Shown here piece after piece: positions 49,680-53,722 of a DNA stretch of 53,722 nucleotides. The translations under genes were made by a program, and so were the position numbers. The stretch spans positions 62,001 through 115,722 of the forward strand of contig CAUYUJ010000290.1 of the NCBI GenBank assembly GCA_963575745.1, given 5' to 3'. Position 1 is the stretch's first letter; every line of letters starts with the position of its first letter. The stretch comes from Prorocentrum cordatum. Taxonomy: Eukaryota. The notes beneath the pieces were generated by a model. It saw only the letters and a program-made list of their open reading frames with translations, ran no database searches and was not told where the DNA came from.

Positions 49680-50300
49680 TACGACTTGATGCAGATCCTC
49701 GCTGGCGAGGCCGTCATCTCAGAGGAGTTCAGTCGAGCCGGACTCAAGGTGTGCGAGCCCATAGATCAGATCTACAACCTGCGGAGCGCCCAAGATCGGC
49801 GAGATATTCTACAGCTCTACCGCGCATGCAAGCCGAAGCTCTTCGCGCTGGAGTGCCCCATCACACTCTGGGCACAACTTACCAGTGTGAACTATCGAGG
49901 CGAAGCTAAACAACAACAACTACGTCGCCAGCGTCTCTGAGATCGCCCCCTACTAGACTTCGTGGATGAGATCGGTATGATGCAGCTGAACAGCAAGCGA
50001 GACATCCTGTTCGAGAATCCATTGACGTCGGAGGTATTCAAGCAGTCCCAGATCAAGCGTTTAAAGGAGCATCCCCGGGTTAAAGATGTGAAGGTCGACA
50101 TGTGCCACTTCAACCTACGACGCCAGCAGTCTAACGGAATGGTCAAGATGCCGACGAAGCTTGGTCTCTAATAACTCCTACGTCAAGCGGCTGAGCAGGC
50201 AATGTGACGGACGTCGCCCGCATCACCAACTGGAAGGAGCTCACTGCGCGCGCAGGGCAGGGCGATGCACCAGAGAGTTCGCGAAGGCAGTCTTGCAAGC
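49680..50300 (+). pseudogene. C5 cytosine-methyltransferase-like domain within the copia polyprotein
   Basis: Motif I-like MQILAG, EPID, motif IV region KPKLFALECP, motif VI FENP, VDMCHFNL, K.PTK, C...H..LEG. In-frame stop at 49938. Confidence 0.7.
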
Positions 50301-50679
50301 ATACCAGCACAGCAACATGACCTACATGATGGAGAACGGAGTCTACGCGACCGGCGATTTGATGGATCTTATGGGCGGCGAATCGGACGAGCGGTTCTAC
50401 TACGAGAACGTGGGCGATTTTACCGAGATACTGGTCAAGTTGCCAGATGGACCTGACTGGGGCCGCGTAGGCAGAAGAAGGGTCGTTGACCTCGAGACCG
50501 ACGCGGTGGTGCAGGACTTCGAGAAGGCCGATGCCACCGCGGATTTGAGCAAGCCGAAGTTGGATCGCGCTGCCAAGCTGAAGATTCAGCTATGGTACAA
50601 GCCAGAACTTGTTGCAGAGGACATCGGGGCCAAGGCCATCCAGTTTGGACCTGGATGTTCAGAGTGCTCAAGCAAGGAC

Positions 50680-53600
50680 CTCGCAGCTCTACGACAACTT
50701 CACCAGAACTTGGGCCACCCCAGCAACGAGGATCTTGCCAGATCGTTCAGGATGCAGACCAGAGGTAGTGAAGGCCGCGAAGTCTCTATGATGCGCGACG
50801 TGCATGGGCAAGGCTTGGAAGAAAATCGCGAGACCAGCTAGATTTTCCCACGCAGCCGACTTCAATGAACAGATTGGTTTGGATCGTTATACGATCAAGG
50901 ATGTGGATGGTCAGTCATGGGATTTCTTATCGGTGGTGGATTTGGGTACGACGTTTCACGTTGTGGGCATGATTGAAAGTCATCATTCGGAAGTCTTGGT
51001 TAAGGTATTCACTCAGATATGGACAGGCTGGGCAGGGCCACCAGCAAGTGCAGTCGTGGATTTGGAGCGTGGATTTGGTTCGGTCTTTCAGGATGCGCTT
51101 GAAAAGTTCAATTGCGTGGTCGTTCCAGTGGCCGGCCAGGCAGCATGGCAACGCGGGCGGACTGACTGCCGAGGAGGTTGGTGAAAGGAGTTGGCCGAGA
51201 GAACCATTTCGCACGCCGCGGCCTCGGGTGAGTCCGACATGCGCATCGTCGCTTCCGTGGTCACGGGGGCCAAGAATGCACTGCGACGTCAATGTGGTTT
51301 CAGTCCAGAACAGTGGGTTTTCAGCAAGAGCTCGCGACTACCAGCTGATCTAGTGGACGGAGCTCACCATGGCGCAGCGCGTGCAGGAGCCGAACTACAA
51401 CCGATGGAACGACAGCTGAAGATGCGGACCGACGCCCGCGAGGCTTGCATGGAAATGCAGAACGATAACGCGCTACGCAAGGCACTGCTGGGCCGTGCCC
51501 GCGTGCACCCCCATCCGCTTGAGCAAGGGGGCCTTTGTTTCTACTACCGCCAGCTCAAGAAGGGCTCGATCGAAAAGGGCACCTGGTTGGGGCCAGCCGT
51601 GATCGTGGGGCAACAAGGCCAGAGCTACTGGATATCGCACGGTGGTTTCACCGAGCTCGTAGCTCCAGAACACATTCGGCCAGTTACTACTGAAGAAGTC
51701 TGGTGGCCGGGAATAGACGATCAGCATGGAGAGGCCCTCGACCAACTTCAGCGACTACGCCGTGACACAGACGCCAGCGCCGACGCGGAGTGCGAAGATC
51801 TTCGAGGAGAACAACCACCGCCAACAGCATAAGAAGAACAAGTTGTGGAGATGGAGGCGGATGCTGCAGGGGCCCCCGCCGAGGATGCATCAGGAGTTCG
51901 TGATGATGTTGAGCTCTCACCTGCAGAGGAGCTCCCATCTGGCCAAGCTCACGCGCCCTCATTATCGCCTGCCCCGCTTTCAACGCATACACCCAGACAA
52001 GTGCAGGATAACCCTGTACCCAACTACGAGGACTGGAACCGCGAGAAGTTTCAGCGACGCCGAGCAGCCTACAGCCCCCTCGATGACGTACCACATTGCA
52101 TTCGAGGGAGCCCGCAGCAAGAAGAAGCTGCCCACCGCGTCGCTGGACGACAAGCCGCTCGACAAGCGGGGCAGCCTTACATCGTCAGCATCACCGGTGA
52201 GAGCGACCGGGGTACTGCCACCAACTCCAGCTTCGCAGTAACGCTTCGTGGAGCTCGAGCTCAGAGCGAAAGGCTCAGAAATAAGCTTCAAGACAAAGAG
52301 ATCGCTTGGAAGGACATCCCCGAGGAACACAAGCCAATCTACCGAAAAAACCATCGCCGAGCACTAGGAGGAGTGGAAGAAGTTTGGTTCCGTGGAGGCG
52401 CTTTCGCTGGAGGAATCTCAACAAGCCCGGGGCGAGAATGACAGCAACCGCTTCGTGTTCCGTGACGAGAATGTCAATATCCGCACCGAAGCTAACCCCG
52501 TGCCGGTGAAGGCCAAGGCTCGACTATGTGCTGGAGGACATCGTGATCCAGATCTACAGACAGGAGCTCTACGGACAGACGTTTCTACAGTGACGCGAAC
52601 CAGTTCGCTACTGTTCTTTATCATGGCGGCGCGTTTCGACTGGGGCCCAGTGCGTGCCGACATCATGTCCGCGTTCATGCAGGGGGGGGGGCAGCCCAGA
52701 GACAGATTTTTTTAGTGGAGCAGCCGCCCCAAGGTCTACCAGGACTTCAGCCAGGACAAGTATTGCGCATCGTCGAGGGCATTTTTGGACTGGCGACTGC
52801 CCCGCGACAGTGGTGGGCTACTCTCAAGAACGCACTGCTTAGGGTTGAGCTCGTAAGCAAGGATGGCCACAAGTTCCACTTAGTTCAAAGCCTGATGGAT
52901 CCAGTTTTTTTTGTCCCACATGGCTCAGACGGAACTCTGCAAGCTATTGTGTGTGTGTGTTCGCATGGATGATTCACGGATTGCTTCCAGTACTCAAGCC
53001 AGCTATGATGTAATCGAGAAGCTGTTTCCGTTCGGAGGTTGGCAAGGGCTAGATTTCATTTTGCGGTAAGGATGTTGTTCAGCGTTCAGACGGAGCAAGT
53101 CGAATGGGCGAGTCAGTGTTCGCCGAGAAGCTAGAACCGCTCGAGTTGACCAAGGAGCGCGAACGAGATCTAGGATGCCCTGCCACTGAGATCGAGATCG
53201 CCGAAAACCGGAGCTCGATTGGCAGTTTGGGTTGCCTCGCTACGCAAACTCGACCAGACCTAGCTGCGGGAGTTTCGATGGCTCAGAGAGTACAGAACTC
53301 GCCGACGGTGGCCGACCTGATCGAGACGAATCGCATCGTATCCGAGGCCAAGCGTTACAATGAGACCGCCATCGCGATCCCGAAGTTGCAGGGCGAGCTC
53401 TGCATTCTAGTGAGGCGGGATTTTTAATGTTCGCGGCCGAGAAGAGGGTCATCCAGGACGGAGAAGGCAAGGCAGCTTTGGTTGACTGGCGGCCAGCTAC
53501 AATTCGAAGGGTACGCCGAAGCACATTTGCAGCAGAGACTATGAGTGCAGTGGGTTCTATGGGAGCAGCTATTGTTCTGCGTGCTTCAGTTCTTAATATT

Positions 53601-53722
53601 TTATTTTCCGAAGATGAGCATCGGCAGCTTCGATAATACTTTATGCCCGATTCAGTGTGTATCGGACTGTGCTTCTTTATATGATACAATTCGCCGAAAA
53701 GGAGCTGTCAAACTTCCAGCTG
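50680..53722 (+). pseudogene. copia integrase, RT and RNase H (multiple lesions)
   Basis: LHQNLGHP..CATC; FNEQIGLD, VVDLGT, WAGPP..VD; WLGPAVIVG; KARLCAGG..DPD, DIMSAFMQG, IFGLATAPRQWW, QTRPDL; RRSTFAAE. Confidence 0.92.

Larger units (their letters stand above)
45715..53722 (+). mobile_element. Decayed Ty1/copia LTR retrotransposon with a DNMT-like domain (3' end outside window; 5' LTR start uncertain)
   Basis: Domain order is gag, zinc knuckle, protease, insert, integrase, RT, RNase H. The LTR ends ...TTCACA at 46306, followed by a PBS. Confidence 0.9.

Overview
This is GC-rich, repeat-dense eukaryotic genomic DNA, most likely from a dinoflagellate. That inference rests on spliced-leader (DinoSL) relics, GC-AG introns with AG|G acceptors, and the retroelement types present. 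There are two host genes, both on the + strand. One is the last three small exons of a CDC5L/Cef1-like splicing factor (9774-12853), which the ORF track misses. The other is an intronless 1451-aa gene with a PAN/Apple domain and a CW..CC motif, sitting behind SL relics, so a probable retrogene (19472-23827). Most of the rest is retroelements: (1) a minus-strand LINE-like element running off the window start, with an unlisted second ORF of >720 codons and unknown function; (2) a CRE/REL-type 3' fragment; (3) a DIRS-like gag fragment; (4) a near-intact, full-length APE-RT-RNaseH LINE (24924-32057) with a 13-bp target-site duplication, an A9 tail and SL sequence at its exact 5' end; (5) a decayed DIRS-like tyrosine-recombinase element; and (6) a decayed Ty1/copia element carrying a cytosine-methyltransferase-like domain and SAP/HeH-like motifs. 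Microsatellites, minisatellites, a ~90-bp satellite and foldback structures fill the gaps. All domain calls come from motif recognition by eye, not database searches.
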